Positions 26,114 through 39,040 of a DNA stretch of 64,000 nucleotides are shown in pieces. Source of the DNA: Lytechinus pictus (lineage: Eukaryota); the NCBI RefSeq assembly GCF_037042905.1, contig NC_087245.1:13516001-13580000 (forward strand), in the 5' to 3' direction. Position 1 is the first letter of the stretch; each line of letters opens with the position of its first letter. The position numbers were made by a program, and so were the translations under genes. Below the pieces are notes generated by a model. That model did no database searches. It had not been told where the DNA came from and was given only the letters and a program-made list of their open reading frames with translations.

Positions 26114-28043
26114 GATGCTCTTCGATAAACATTCAAAGTAAGGATAACAAATTTTAAGTTTCTTAATAAAATAGGTTGGGCTATTATAATAAGCAAACTG
26201 GTTTTCCTGACGTATTCCATTGAAACAATTAGCCATGAAATAATTGTTGTTTCCAAACACTCTACAGTTCTACTCCTTCATGGTACTCGTGAGTAGAAAG
26301 TTACAAATAATTACAAGACTTTGTTATCGGTCGGGAAAAAATTGGTACGAACTAAATTCTGTTAAGAAAATGTTTAATGATTAAAAGATTTCGCTGAAAT
26401 TGTATTATTTCGACTTTGTACTTTAAAAAAATAGGAGATTGTAAGATCTACAGTCAATAAGAGCGATTTTAAAGAAGAAGTAGACCTACGTAAGTATTAT
26501 CACCATCCATTCAAGCATTTGTATGCCTGTATCGGTCCTTCTGAAGACCAATGGCTTATTATATTTGTACTAGGCCGACTGTGTTTTATTGCAAAGAGCA
26601 ATAATCATTGCATGAAATGATTTTTATGATAGAAAATGCTGTGTTTTATGCTGAGAGTTGATAATTGATGAAAGAATTGGAATGTGCAATATTCTAATTT
26701 TTCACCTGTATTGTAAATCTATAACATTCTTAAATGATATAATCTAAAGAGGAGCTTATCAAGGCATTGAAACAGAATTACTCAAAACGAAAGGCGATTA
26801 AAGGGGCATATCGATTCTTCCTTTCCTGATCAAATCAAGTCTGTTATTAACGCACATGAAATCATAGTTATCAATATTTATAAAATTACATATGTGTTTA
26901 GGACTAACTTCAGTATAATATGGAATATCTTTAAATTTCCTGAATGAATTTCGTTTATAAAAGTAGAACTATAATTATCATTTTCAATAATATTAAACAA
27001 AAATCGATAAAAAGTATGCATGGAATAAAATATACTTGCTCGCTCGTTAATAAACATAATGAACATCTATATCAGCCTTTTTTTCTCTCTCTTTCTCTTT
27101 TGAGCTTTCAAAAATCAGGTATGTCATATTCCAGTCGTTAGCAAAATAATATATAACTCTGAATACAAAATCGCCATGGAGGACATTCGTCATTACTTTG
27201 GAAAGTGATTGTTTCCATTACCAACGATCAAACACGAACACTTGTTTCCTATTAAAAAAAACTTTTTAAAGGTTATTAGATGATACCTTCATATGATGAC
27301 TTTGAGGTATTGAACAGATTATCATTACTTATGTTTCAATAAATGAACAAGGTAAGATATAATGCATTTGATAATAGGTTTCCTAACATGAAAAATAAAT
27401 AGTTAGTATTCCATCTTTCAGGGAGAGCGGTATTTGAGACCACAGAAAATATGATATATTGAGTATACATACAAAATAAACACTCATGTACATGTAGAGT
27501 TATAATAGGGAATAGTTGCATTAAAAGTGACTGATCGGGTATTATGTTTAAATTGCAAAATACGATTATTTTTAAGAACTTTGCCAATTTTTTATGTAAT
27601 GTAAATATAAGTAAAATGATTGCATAAACATGAATGAAATTATTACGTTTAAGTGTAAATATACCAATTTATAAATAATATTGTTAACCGCAGATCTTTA
27701 ATTTGATGCGTTTGTTATTTGAATTTGAATGTAAATGAGATTTTATTTTGAAAATCTTGCTATAAATTGCATCATATAATGCAGCAAAGAAAAATTAATA
27801 AAATGATATATATTTCTGTATGGATGTGTTTGTATAATGCGCACATGTTTGTGTTTATGTGGAAAGACCTATAAAGTAGTCGAGATATACATACTCCAAT
27901 TGATAAAATCAAAATAGTGACTTCAGAAAGGCAAGAAGATGAATAATATCACATCATGATATCTCAATAGATGGCCAAGAGAAAAAAGGAGATGAGATTG
28001 AGAGTGAAAGGGCAGATGAGAGAAGAGAAGAGGAAAGGAGAGA

Positions 28044-28274
28044 GTAAAACTGTGGTATTAACCGGTGTACATAGAGGACCACACCATTTTATTCCGGTGT
28101 TAAATTGACAGTGTTAGTTTAACACCTATAAGTGTCATTACAACACATTTGGTTGTTAAATTTATATTCTTTGGTGTTATATTCAATCTCTAGGGTGTAA
28201 TTCTAACACCTCAGGGTGTGGTCCACTATTAACACCAACTGGTGACAGTTTTAACACCACAGTTTTTACAGTGT
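28044..28274. mobile_element. Palindromic MITE (EnSpm-like ...CAGTGTG end)
   Basis: GTAAAACTGTGGTATTAA / TTAACACCACAGTTTTTAC and GGACCACACC / GGTGTGGTCC inverted pairs; AACACC sub-repeats. Confidence 0.65.
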
Positions 28275-29164
28275 GGGTTAGTGAGGGTGTGCGCGCGTGT
28301 GTATGGAGCATGTTAACGAGAAGGATGTGCGACCGCCTGCGGATGTATTTGTAGATGAGGGTGTTTGTATATAGTCTGTGTGGGTGGGTGTGGGTGTGTA
28401 TGTGATCTGGTGGGTGTTTCATAAAGCTTTTAGTGAAGTTACGCACGTCTTTACTCACAACTGGAACATGATCTTAGGCTCAGTTACAAATGGATACAAA
28501 TTGCAGAAGAAAGGATCACCAGTCGTAAAGTCATTAATTCGTATCTAACGAACAGCTTGATAAAATGGTAGGTGCGTGCATGCCTGGTCGCGAGGGTGAG
28601 TGTGTGTATGTGTATGAAAGAAGGTTTTGTGATGTGTTCTGTTTGTTTGTGATGCAGTGAGTGTTCGCGAACAATCTTGCTCCTGTGCGTGAGAGGGTGG
28701 GCAGGTGTGCGTGTGTTTGAAGAATGAATAAAGTGGGGATGCCGAAGGACGTCCTTGCAAAATTAATTAGGATTGTGACATAAAATTTTACTGAATTTTA
28801 AGGACTGTTACTACAGAGGAAACTAATTGGAAACATGTTCACAAAATGTAAGTGTAAGTGTGGATCTCTTCACACAGTATTTAGAAATACAACCCCTCCA
28901 AAATGAAATAAAATAATAATCAATAGACATGGAATTTCTAGAAGGTAGGAACGGTGAAATTATATTGCAAAGTGGATAGAGATAGGTGTACATGTTTTTT
29001 TTAAACCATGATTGAGTAGAAATCTGTATGACACACTGTAATATTTATGATATAACATATTTCGAAAATGCCTGTTTAAAATGGAATGTGATGGAAGCTC
29101 AAATTTAATACATTGCTTTCAAACTTAATACATTAGGAAAATGAGATCACATGAAGAACCATCG

Positions 29165-29233
29165 ATAGTAAAGTAAAGTGCCATTATAGTAAAGTAAAGT
29201 GTCAATGATAAGTAAAGTAAAGTGTCAGTGATA
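29165..29233. repeat. ~21-bp tandem repeat x3 (ATAGTAAAGTAAAGTGTCA..)
   Basis: Three consecutive AGTAAAGTAAAGTG units, ~400 bp upstream of the gene 2 ATG. Confidence 0.75.
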
Positions 29234-29607
29234 ATGGTCTTAAACATTAACTTGAATTTTATTTACAGCTTAGAGATTAATTTTCCTTTGTTGAAAATAT
29301 CCAGGTATTCATTAAATCAAGGAAGATATTACAAACAATTCATTGTCACGAATTAATCTCTGCACTCTCCCTCGTTCACATGTTCAGAAACTTTCGATCA
29401 GCAATGAAAACCGAAACAAAGTTAATAAAAGTAGGAAGCTAATGAGTTACAAAAAAATGAGTTAGCACGTAGATAGGCCTTCTCGAAGTTTAGTCATTGG
29501 AAATTCGTTGACATGATAGGGAGGATTAATGCATCAAACGGCTCTTTCAGAGATTTCATTAAAAAATAGTGCTATGATATGAACGTTTTGATAAAACGTT
29601 TGTCAGG

Positions 29608-29683
29608 ATGATTAACAAGAACCTTCTTGCTGTTCAAGGTGTCATCTGTATGATCGGATGCTGTCTACTGTACACGTCGTCAG
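29608..29683 (+). CDS. Gene 2 exon 1: signal peptide (MINKNLLAVQGVICMIGCCLLYTSS)
   Basis: First ATG after an in-frame TGA, hydrophobic core, CAG|GTAAAG donor in phase 1. Confidence 0.68.
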
Positions 29684-32600
29684 GTAAAGTCGAATCATTT
29701 TATTGTATTGTGTTTTAAGCAGGAAATACTGAATTTTAAAAATGCAATTCAGTGACGCAGAGACACATGCTCTTTTGATTGAGAACTTGCTATTCATTAT
29801 TCGTAACAGAAATTTACCCTCTGTCGACCCACACCCTCACCACACACACAAAATTGAATGGGTTTTTATCGAGACAGTTGAATTAATTTCTCGCTGAGTC
29901 TGATAATCTTGAAGTAGACCGATGTGATGATTAAAGGAATTGATATAAATGGAATCGATGATAATGTAAGGAGAAGTTGGCCCGTGGCACAACTCTAAGC
30001 AATTGATTGTTGGACTCGTGTTTACGATCGAAAGCACTGAGTCTTTATGCAAAATAAGACTTATTTCCTATCTTATCCATTTAGAGGTAGGGATGGCGAC
30101 AATGTGACATTTACAATTATTAAAAATATATCCATGTAATTTATGAATACTTTGCTGCTTGACTATTCTATCATACGTATATACTGTTTCATCTACCTTA
30201 CTATCGTTACAATTGTATTTGACTAACGTTTGGTGTCACAGCAAATTGCATTTTGATAATTTATTTTTAGCAAATTTTGTTTTTGTATTTCTAATAATGC
30301 TAAGGCTGGCAAATATTGTACTAAAAGAATATAACAAGTACAATGTTTGGAAACCACTTCGTTTACATTTTAATATTTTCGATAATTTTTAAAAGATTTT
30401 AATTGTTGAACTTACGCCCACATTTCGAACACCCCACTTCCATGGAGTCATAATAAAAAACATGTTATCATTTTAAAGTATGTTGAAATATTAACCTCAC
30501 ATTTAGGCACCCATCCATTATCTCGTCAAAGCTCATCATGTCTGAACGAACTGTTTAGATGCTTCTAGAAATTCATGCAAAATAATCACGTTTATTTATC
30601 CACAGGAAATGAAATAGTTCTCCAGGAATCTACTGATGATGTAACAATAACGCCTATTAACTTTCCAAACGACAGAACTTCATCAGCAATCACTGTTAAG
30701 GCACCATCGAACTACAGAGGTAATCACCAACCTTATTACTTCACCCCTCTCTGTTGTTCTTTCTGCGATCTTGATCATATCCATGCTGATATGTTTTTCA
30801 TAGGAATAACATACCAAAGAGGCATTCTCATACTTTTATGCTTTATATAAGATTGAATGGAAATGAAATAAAGGATTGAATAAATGAACATTTGCAATTT
30901 ACTTAATTTAGTAGGTATTTTTATCTTTATTTGTCATTTGGTTATTGTGTAAATGTTATATTTAAATTTGATTGGTATTGCTTGAGTGCAGTATTTGTAA
31001 TCTGCCATTTTTAGTTTTATTAACGTTTTTGATACTCAAGGACAATGCTGGTAATGATTGCCGATGATAGTAACAATCTTAATGATAACAATAATGATTA
31101 TATTATAATATTAAAGGTAATAACAACATTCTCCCCCCAAAATAACGCCTTATGTTTTCTTTTTAAAATGAATAAATATGGATTTTAATTCCTTATGCAT
31201 CCACCAGAGCATGCACATAACACACGCGCAATCGTTGGTACACCATAACCATTTAAATAAATGGAAGTGCTGCATACTTTCTTACTGTGTGTGTACTTGT
31301 TGTCAAAAAACACACACACACATACACAATGACAAAGAATATTATCAAGATAATGATTATACTACACTAAGCATTGTGAGGATAATCCATGCTACGATTG
31401 AATGACATAATGCCCTGTTTTCTGTTTGAAATGAATTAATACGAATGCTGCCATCAGAGGTCAGCATGGTCAGAATGGAATTCCTATGAATCTCGAAATT
31501 CCATAGCAGATTAGACACAAGCCCACGGACAGAAACACACGCACAAGCACAACCCCACACACGCCTGCACCAACATATACACAAGTGACCAAAACGCATG
31601 TAAGATAATTACGAAATTGGACGAGAAGTGAAGCTAATGGCATATCTATTCATGGAATAAAAGGGAAATTAGAGAGTTCAGTATGCATAGTCTTTGTCAT
31701 TTCATATAATCGTTCAAACATGATAAAGCACATAAGCATGAATGTCTCCCTTGATAGAAATACATTAGTTTATTGAGTCCAATAATATGAAATTAATTTC
31801 CTATTTTCCCAAGTTACTTCTTGTGAAAAAAGTGACTGAAATTCCTTCGGATTATAATTTGAATACGTATCAATAAGAATAAGTCGGGACTTTGGTTGTG
31901 GCATGTTTCGGTAGACGAGATTTCCCAGTAATTCGAATAAGAAATATAAGGTCAGTAAAATCAAAAGGAAGAATTACTGAGAAATCCTATTAAAACGAAT
32001 ATCTGTAATCTATATAATTCATTTTCTACGCATCGCTTTCACTTCCACGTTTCCATGTAAATATGCGTTGCATGATAAGATTATTGGAAAATGGACTAAA
32101 AACATTGCAAATTTTGTAGATTCAGCCCTTGTTTGCCATTCTTTCGATTTTTTATATTTGGGTTCTATTGTCAATAAATGAAACTCCAAATTTGTCATGA
32201 ACAAGAATACAAATATTGAATAATAAGTATGATGACAATCAATACAAACAAATACATAACTCAAATGGCTTTGGAGCTTAGCTGAGAATTGAATGATTAT
32301 AAAACTCATTTGTGATATTTTGATATAAAAGGTAGGCCTACGTACAGCGTCACATCACCAGCAAAGCAAAATCGATTTGCTACCGAATTGGTATTGCCAC
32401 AGCTCTATTTTAAAACTTGAAACTTCTAAGGTGAACTTTTCAGTTTACTTGAGCGTTCGACGTACGAAATTGCTCATATTAGCCATAAACGTGATAGACG
32501 GGGCACATTCGTCCAGTAAGGGAGGGAGGGGCTATCCGTAGCGATTGGAGCCCGACCATAGTGGAATATTAAAGGGATGGTACGGGCTGAAAATATTAAT

Positions 32601-35600
32601 ATCTAAATAAATAGAGTAAAATTCACAGAGCAAAAAGCTGAAAATTTCATCAAAATCGGATAACAAATAATGAAGTTATTGAATTTAAAATTTAACAATA
32701 TTTTGTGAAAACAGTCATATGCGCATCGTCATGAATATTCATTAGGTATGCTGATGGTGTCACATCCCCACTTTTCCTCTTCTTATGTTATTACATGAAA
32801 TACAAAATGTTTCATTTTTTAAATACCTGTATAGATGATGTGTCTTCATTATAAGTTGCGGCAATAAATAACTAATGCTTTTAATCAGTTTTCAATCAAA
32901 TTGTTTTAGTTCTGAATAGAACAAATTTGAATGAACCTATTTTCATATAATGAAATATAAAATAACAAGTGGGGATATGACATCATCAGCACACCTAATG
33001 AATATTCATAAAGACATGCCTAGAACTGTTTCACCGGAATAATGAAAATTTTTAAAATTCAATAACTTCGTTATTTGATCAAATTTTCAGCATTTTGCTT
33101 TGTGAATTTTACTCTATTTATTGAAATAAAAATATATCCGACCTGGACCATCCCTTTAAGTGCAAAATCTAATACTAAATACAAAATCTAAGTTTGTATT
33201 TCTTGTGATCACGACGTCAGTATCATTACTGGCCATTCTTATCTATTATCGAGTCTCAATTTTTTGTTTCATTCCACAGTTCTTTTGAAGTTTCTTCTGG
33301 TCCGTCTGCAAAAAGGAGAAAAGCTTACCTTTTGTAATCTGTTCGGAGACATGTACATCTCCGAGCGCCTCCTCACTCTATCCAGGAGGATCAGCCCCCC
33401 ACCTCCTAACCTAATATCACCTGGAGAAAAACTTCTCATCACATTTTCCCGTGGATCCCTCCAGATCGATAATGGCTCGTTTATTCTGAACGCGACTTTG
33501 GTGGACAAGAAAGGTAGGATAGGCTTGATGTGGTTGTGATTATAACTGACATTTGATGTTTGTTACGCATTATACATGTTATATATTGGCCATGTGGTGG
33601 AAATCGGTGACTTTTGTACGACTCATTCTTAAATTATTTCGATTGCAGTTGTGTCGTTTTTCCATCGTTGAATATTAGCTTCTGCTGATGATTACCTAAT
33701 TTAAAAATCATATAATTCCCTTATTTTAAGGGTTGGACGTGTCATCACCACCTTTCTTTCCGTATCCCACATATTGGCTTTAAGTTCGTTGGTCGTGTAG
33801 AACATTAATTCCGAGGTGATCGTAGCAACAATAAACAGAACATAACACATGGTAATAATTGCACATACATTCGAAACCTAATCAATTTTCTTCAAAATGA
33901 AAAATATCAAAATTAAGAAAACCCTTAAAAAACACAATGAGCACAATGAAGGGTAGCGGTAGTAAATCTATGCTATTTTCCTCGGCAACAATTTGTTCGA
34001 TGGAAAAGTTAGACATTTAGCCAAATGTCTAAACCCACTTGTTCCTTACATCATACTGAGCCAAAATGCTTATCACAACCCTAACCGTCGTCCACTGTTT
34101 TTTCCCCCGAGAAAACAATTATCGCATGACAAAATGTAAGATCACCTTATAGTAGATGTACCTTTTGTCTGTTTAAACCTTTTATTTTCATAACCTGGAA
34201 CCAACAGCTATTGTCACACAGCTCGGCCCTGAAGAGACGTACAACCTGACATCACCATCCTACCCGAACAACTACCCCCGTCTTGCCTTCTCCTTCCAAA
34301 CCATATATGCGCCAATCGGTTGTAGGTTGACATACAGAGTATTAGATTATGTCGTCGCACCAGAGGACACGATGTGCATCAGCGAGAAGCAGATAGCTTT
34401 GAATACCGAAGGTTGTGACGTCATAAGTCGTGGGGCAGAAAGAACGGTGTCAGGAAACATAGCATCTATCTGGTTCAGCTCTGGTTTACAGCAGACATGG
34501 AAGAAGGGCTTTGTTGTTTCGTTCACTTCTGTGGGAGAGACAGGTTGGTGAATAATGACTTATTAGTTCTCTTTAAGTCATACTCTCATCTTGATTTCTT
34601 AGTATATTATAATGTTAATAAATAAGATAGGGAATCTTTATCCACTTGGTATTTTATGTATTCATACAAGAGCGGTTACGCAAAGCTCTACTTAAACTTT
34701 CCATATGCAGGTTTCGATTATTCATAACATTTAAAACTTAAATTGAAGTATACACATGCATGTAGATCACAATGATCTGGAAACACTTATACTGGAATTG
34801 CCGCAATATATTTACAATGAAGGAAATTAGGCACATTCGGTGTCTGAAACATTCCCCGATTAGTGTATCGATGCAAGTATATCATGTGTTGTAAGAAGGT
34901 GAGGAAATTGGTCGATGCATTGATAAAGTGAGCCGATTAACTAAGTAAAATAGAAAATGAGACCAAAACCTGCCTGAAATTAGGACTGATCATTTAGCAG
35001 GTCAATAATTAGCCAATATAAATAGGTCCAGAGGTAACATGGTTATAAAGCAGAAAGAAAAACAATAGTTCAGAATACGTTTCTAGCAGTAAAGACTTTC
35101 TCAGATAGGAAGGTGAATAATGCGTCTTTCAAAATGTGGATTAAAAGGAATGGGAAGGTAATGATGAGATAGATATTGTCTTGTGGACGAAAGCTGCAAG
35201 AAGTACTGAGAGGCAAAAGATAGAACTAGCTAGATAATTGTTGCAATTAACGGGAAGATATAAGGCTTCTCTTTTCCCTTGCTTGCTTATAACATTTTCA
35301 GATGACACACCCTGTATCAAGCATGACCGGAGTCTTTCACCAGCACCACCTAACCAGAGATCAAATACAGCTAGCAAACAAACCAGGGAAAGACGAGCAG
35401 CGATCTACGAAACCACACCTCGGTAAATAGGAAATCTAAACGATTTTAGCAACTCAAACAATAGTTTGAATTAAAAACAAATCATGTGTGTATGATTTTT
35501 TTTATTATGATTAGGACATGTCTCGAATCCTCGATACGTGGAAGCGCCGTGGTGTAGCGGTTCTGACTCTCGCCTTGTACATGTTGTAATCAGAGGGTCG

Positions 35601-38600
35601 TGTGTTCGAATCCCACCATGGTCTAGCGTCCTTTGGCAAGGAGTCAATCCACACTTTGCTACTCTCACCCAGGTGCTAATTGGGTACCAGTAGGAAAAAA
35701 CCGTCATTGTGGTTGGTTTAGCAAGTTTGCACCTAACAGGCTGCTTGAAATGCTATGAATCCAGTGACCGGGTAATAATAATTGTGAAGCGCTTTGAACA
35801 GTCGTAGATTGATAAAGCGCTATATACATGCAAATTATTATTATTATGTCCTGGTGTTTCAATTAGTTCTTTCGTTCTTTGTAAAAATCCATGGCTGTTT
35901 TGATTACCCGTGTGTTTCTGTTCTCCTTTACTGTTTTCCTCCAAATGCTAGAAATGAAAACAGAACTACACAAACGACAACACCGCCATGGTATCAATAT
36001 TCCATCTTGCACCTAGGTGGTGTCCTCCTTGCAGTTGCGATCATCGCTGTATTTTTCAATCAACTCTTGAGGTGTACTATGGATCAATGCTGTAAGACGC
36101 AGATCGCTACCATGCCAGACGCATCCATTCAAGAAAAGAGTCCCACCAGAAAGTCAGGATGGCGTCCATCATTAACGAGTCGCAGTTCGAAGTACGTTGT
36201 GAACCAGGTGGGAAGCGGCAGCAAAGACAAGTTGGACGGATCTGGAAAAAGTGATAGCGGTTTTGGACGTACGGACGATGATGCGGACTACATTACGATG
36301 AGGGTAAGTCCTGTGATTCTTTTTGTCAAGGGAATCGGTAAATAAGATTGTTAAATTTCTCAATACCGAGTGCCTTAGAAGCAAGGAAAAGTTTGACAAA
36401 AAACTTTTATGGTTTCTATAGGCTTCATGGTGTCTTTAGAGCTTTCTGGAGAGCGTTACATGAAATGACTTGTCTGACGTATTATCCCGTTTAACCGACA
36501 GATAACATAGCAACGTTGCTTCTCAGCCAATCAAAATCGAGAATAGCTGTCAAATCTGACAACTTGACCGACTGATGAAACATTTTCTTGTTGTGTTGTA
36601 ACTAGAACGGGCCTTTATTTTATTTCTTTAATAGAAAGTGAATACTATATCAAGGGTCCCTCCTCAAAGGAGTCCACAGTCCGATATCAATCAATCAAAG
36701 GGGTGGACCATACCCGGATTAAGCAGACATGGAGTAGACAGAGGATTAGTGAGGTTGAGGGATGGCTCTGAGGTTGCCAGCCCCTCTGATGGCGCTCATC
36801 AACACTCCCAGGATTTCATCCCACCACGAGTATACAAGAAGTATAAACCTTCACAGGTTAGGAAATCACAGCGATCTCTCTTGGATGGTGATACTTACAT
36901 CGTGGGGCAATCCTTTGATCCTGGCAGTCCAGGATCTTATGTAGATCCTACTCCAATTGTTTTCCAGCATCCATCAGCTTCACAGGTTAAACTAAGGGAC
37001 AAGCCCGTCAGCCGGAAGGCTTCATTAAACAGAAGAGCAAGTGTTTCCATGTTTAACCTCACCGATAATGACCTAGGCTTCGAGGTTGGCTTCCATCCAC
37101 CATGTCCACAGATGCCTCCTGAGTTTCAACAAGTAGTGGAGCCAGAGAGCTACAGTCCAAGGACGGATCCTCCGCCCGTTAACCACAGGGAACACTCCAG
37201 AAGTTCATCCACCGACTCTTTACCATTAGATTGCAATGATAGAGGTCGGTGCTACTCACCAATTGAACAGGTAAATATATTCACATGCAATATCTGGGAC
37301 CACAACAGAACGAACTCAGAATCAATCGATGGTATGATATTCCAACATAGCCATGATAGTGGCACTGATTGGTTGATGTGACTGTGACTGCAATATAAGG
37401 GGGAGACAGGGTAGGTGTTGCGTGCCATTCTGAAAAGCAGTTCGGTTTTTCCATATTGCTTAGCTTAATTATTATGATAATACCACTATGAATTAACCTC
37501 TAGAGATATTTTATTCAAGTGTCATGACCCCAGGGTTATGACCAGTGCTAAAGGTGTTAACCAGGACTTGATTATTAAGTACGTTTAGACGTGATAAGAC
37601 CCTACTTCTTAGACACACCAATGGATGTTATGTTGTTGACCGATTGATGTATGGATGTAAGGGCATCACAAGGTAAAACATGACTATATTGTATTTTCTC
37701 TATTAATTTGTATTTTCCTTTTCCCATTCAGAGTAATAAAGTATATCATTGGTGACATTACGTATACATGAATGTGTGATGAAGTGAGCCAATATTTTCG
37801 ATTGAAATATGTGTTGTGTGCCAAAGAAAGGTGAAACTACATAAACCGGTTGGTACTGGTTATGAGGTGACCTTGAGCAACACCAGCAATCTTACCATTT
37901 CCTTAAACAAGAAATATCTATCACATTTATGAACGAATAATACCCAATTTATTTATAGGGCGTCAATGATGTCAGTTTTGTGCTTTATATCAATGTAAAT
38001 GATTTCCTCGCTTTTTATTTCCTTGTTCGTAAGGAGGATCGCTATTCTACAGCGTTGGCCAAGTTTGATGTCTTGTGCAACAGTTTCGAAACAAACGCAA
38101 ATCGACAAAGCCCAAATGTGGTCGAATATGTCAATCTTCCACCCACGAACCGGAAGTGCTATGCTGCCACTAAGAGGCCTGTAATATCGAACCCAGGGTA
38201 CTTGAAACCTTCGAAGGTTGTTCGAGCTCTCTCTACTTCCGCTTACGACCTTGCAGTTTCATCCAGTTCTACTAACATAAGTGGTGAGTGGGTAATTCAT
38301 CTATTCGATTCAGTCCTTAAAACGTGCTTTATATTAATGTTTATTGAAAATCATAAGAGCAGATGAATTACAAATCCTGGAATAAAAAAAACTGCATACA
38401 GTATACTATAATGAAGCAATTAATATCTCAGTATAGTCGTGATATTCAGCCAATCATCACCGGAACGTCTTGTAAATGCAGCTATGCAATAATATTTTTT
38501 GATTGGTTATTAAAGTTTGTTTCATTTCATTTTATAAGCGCTGACGTTCTTATGAGATTTGGAGCTATCCATCCCACCACCAAGAAAAGGTTGCAATGTT

Positions 38601-39040
38601 CACTTGTATCTAAATGTATTATTTCATTACATATTGGAATACTTTCATTTCTTACTTGAGATTGGAGCAAAATTGGGTAAAAAAAGTTCCATTCAATGAA
38701 ATTGGTGGTTCTGTTGATTAATCTCTACTTTTCTTCGTTTTTTTTTGTAATAGATGCTTCGAAAACTCAAACTATGCGCAGTCCAATCTTTTCAAACAAC
38801 ACCCCAAGGGCGCCAACCAAATCCAACCTGTTGCACCCGCGTCTGAGAAACTCGATCGAGGTTAGGGTAAATGCACCTACAGACGATCAGGGCAGAAGCA
38901 GCAGTGACCGTGCTGGATCTGCATACAGGAGCTACTGTGAAATCGATGACATTGATCCAGGCACTGGGATGGAGTCTGCAGGAAGTCAAATTGATCATCA
39001 AGGATATAATCTCACACAGATTCGACTTCATAGTAAATAG
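29608..39040 (+). CDS. Gene 2 (9 coding exons, ~801 aa): type I membrane protein, signal peptide-2 divergent CUB domains-stalk-TM-long disordered Tyr-motif tail
   Basis: Exons 29608-29683, 30606-30719, 33280-33513, 34208-34543, 35302-35422, 35952-36303, 36635-37270, 38034-38283, 38754-39040. GT-AG, phases consistent, 2406 nt open. Confidence 0.8.
30606..30719 (+). CDS. Gene 2 exon 2: first half of CUB-like domain 1
   Basis: cacag acceptor. ITPINFPND...ITVKAPSNYR resembles CUB ITSPNYP...ITAPxGxR. G|GTAAT donor. Confidence 0.72.
32573..33155. mobile_element. Kolobok-like MITE (TTAA target duplication)
   Basis: TTAA|AGGGATGGT ... ACCATCCCT|TTAA with long inverted arms (AAATAGAGTAAAATTCACA / TGTGAATTTTACTCTATTT). 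Confidence 0.82.
33280..33513 (+). CDS. Gene 2 exon 3: second half of CUB-like domain 1
   Basis: VLLKF...LISPGEKLLITFSRGSLQIDNGSFILNA follows the CUB beta-strand pattern. Phase 1-1. Confidence 0.75.
34208..34543 (+). CDS. Gene 2 exon 4: CUB domain 2
   Basis: NLTSPSYPNNYP...IYAPIGCRL...SGNIASIWFSSG...KKGFVVSF. Phase 1-1. Confidence 0.85.
35302..35422 (+). CDS. Gene 2 exon 5: stalk with RERR furin-type site
   Basis: ttttcag acceptor. DDTPCIKHDRSLSPAPPNQRSNTASKQTRERRAAIYETTP. Phase 1 in, phase 2 out, matching exon 6. Confidence 0.72.
35540..35847 (+). mobile_element. Near full-length tRNA-derived SINE in intron 5 of gene 2
   Basis: A box TGGTGTAGCGG, B box GTTCGAATCC, central CACCCAGGTG..TGGGTACC core, L2-like 3' end AAGCGCT... 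and (TAT)n tail. Confidence 0.87.
35952..36303 (+). CDS. Gene 2 exon 6: Thr-rich stalk, TM helix, juxtamembrane tail
   Basis: TTQTTTPPW, then SILHLGGVLLAVAIIAVFFNQLL, then C..CCK; ends DYITMR|GTAAGT. Confidence 0.85.
36635..37270 (+). CDS. Gene 2 exon 7: Ser/Pro-rich cytoplasmic region
   Basis: Long GC-richer ORF (36638-37381), phase 0 acceptor, CAG|GTAAAT donor at 37270. Confidence 0.8.
38034..38283 (+). CDS. Gene 2 exon 8: cytoplasmic region with VEYVNL and GYLKP
   Basis: Phase 0 acceptor, G|GTGAGT donor, within ORF 37980-38366. Confidence 0.75.
38754..39040 (+). CDS. Gene 2 exon 9: terminal cytoplasmic exon (YCEI)
   Basis: Poly-T...TAG acceptor, phase 1, ends at TAG 39040. Confidence 0.75.

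Noticed and set aside
35540-35620. tRNA gene
   Set aside because: A/B boxes are present but it continues into a SINE core and tail, and has no clean cloverleaf or poly-T terminator.
38921-39024. ITAM in the gene 2 C-terminus (YRSYCEI...GYNLTQI)
   Set aside because: Spacing and residues do not fit YxxL/I-x(6-8)-YxxL/I; only a single YxxI is present.
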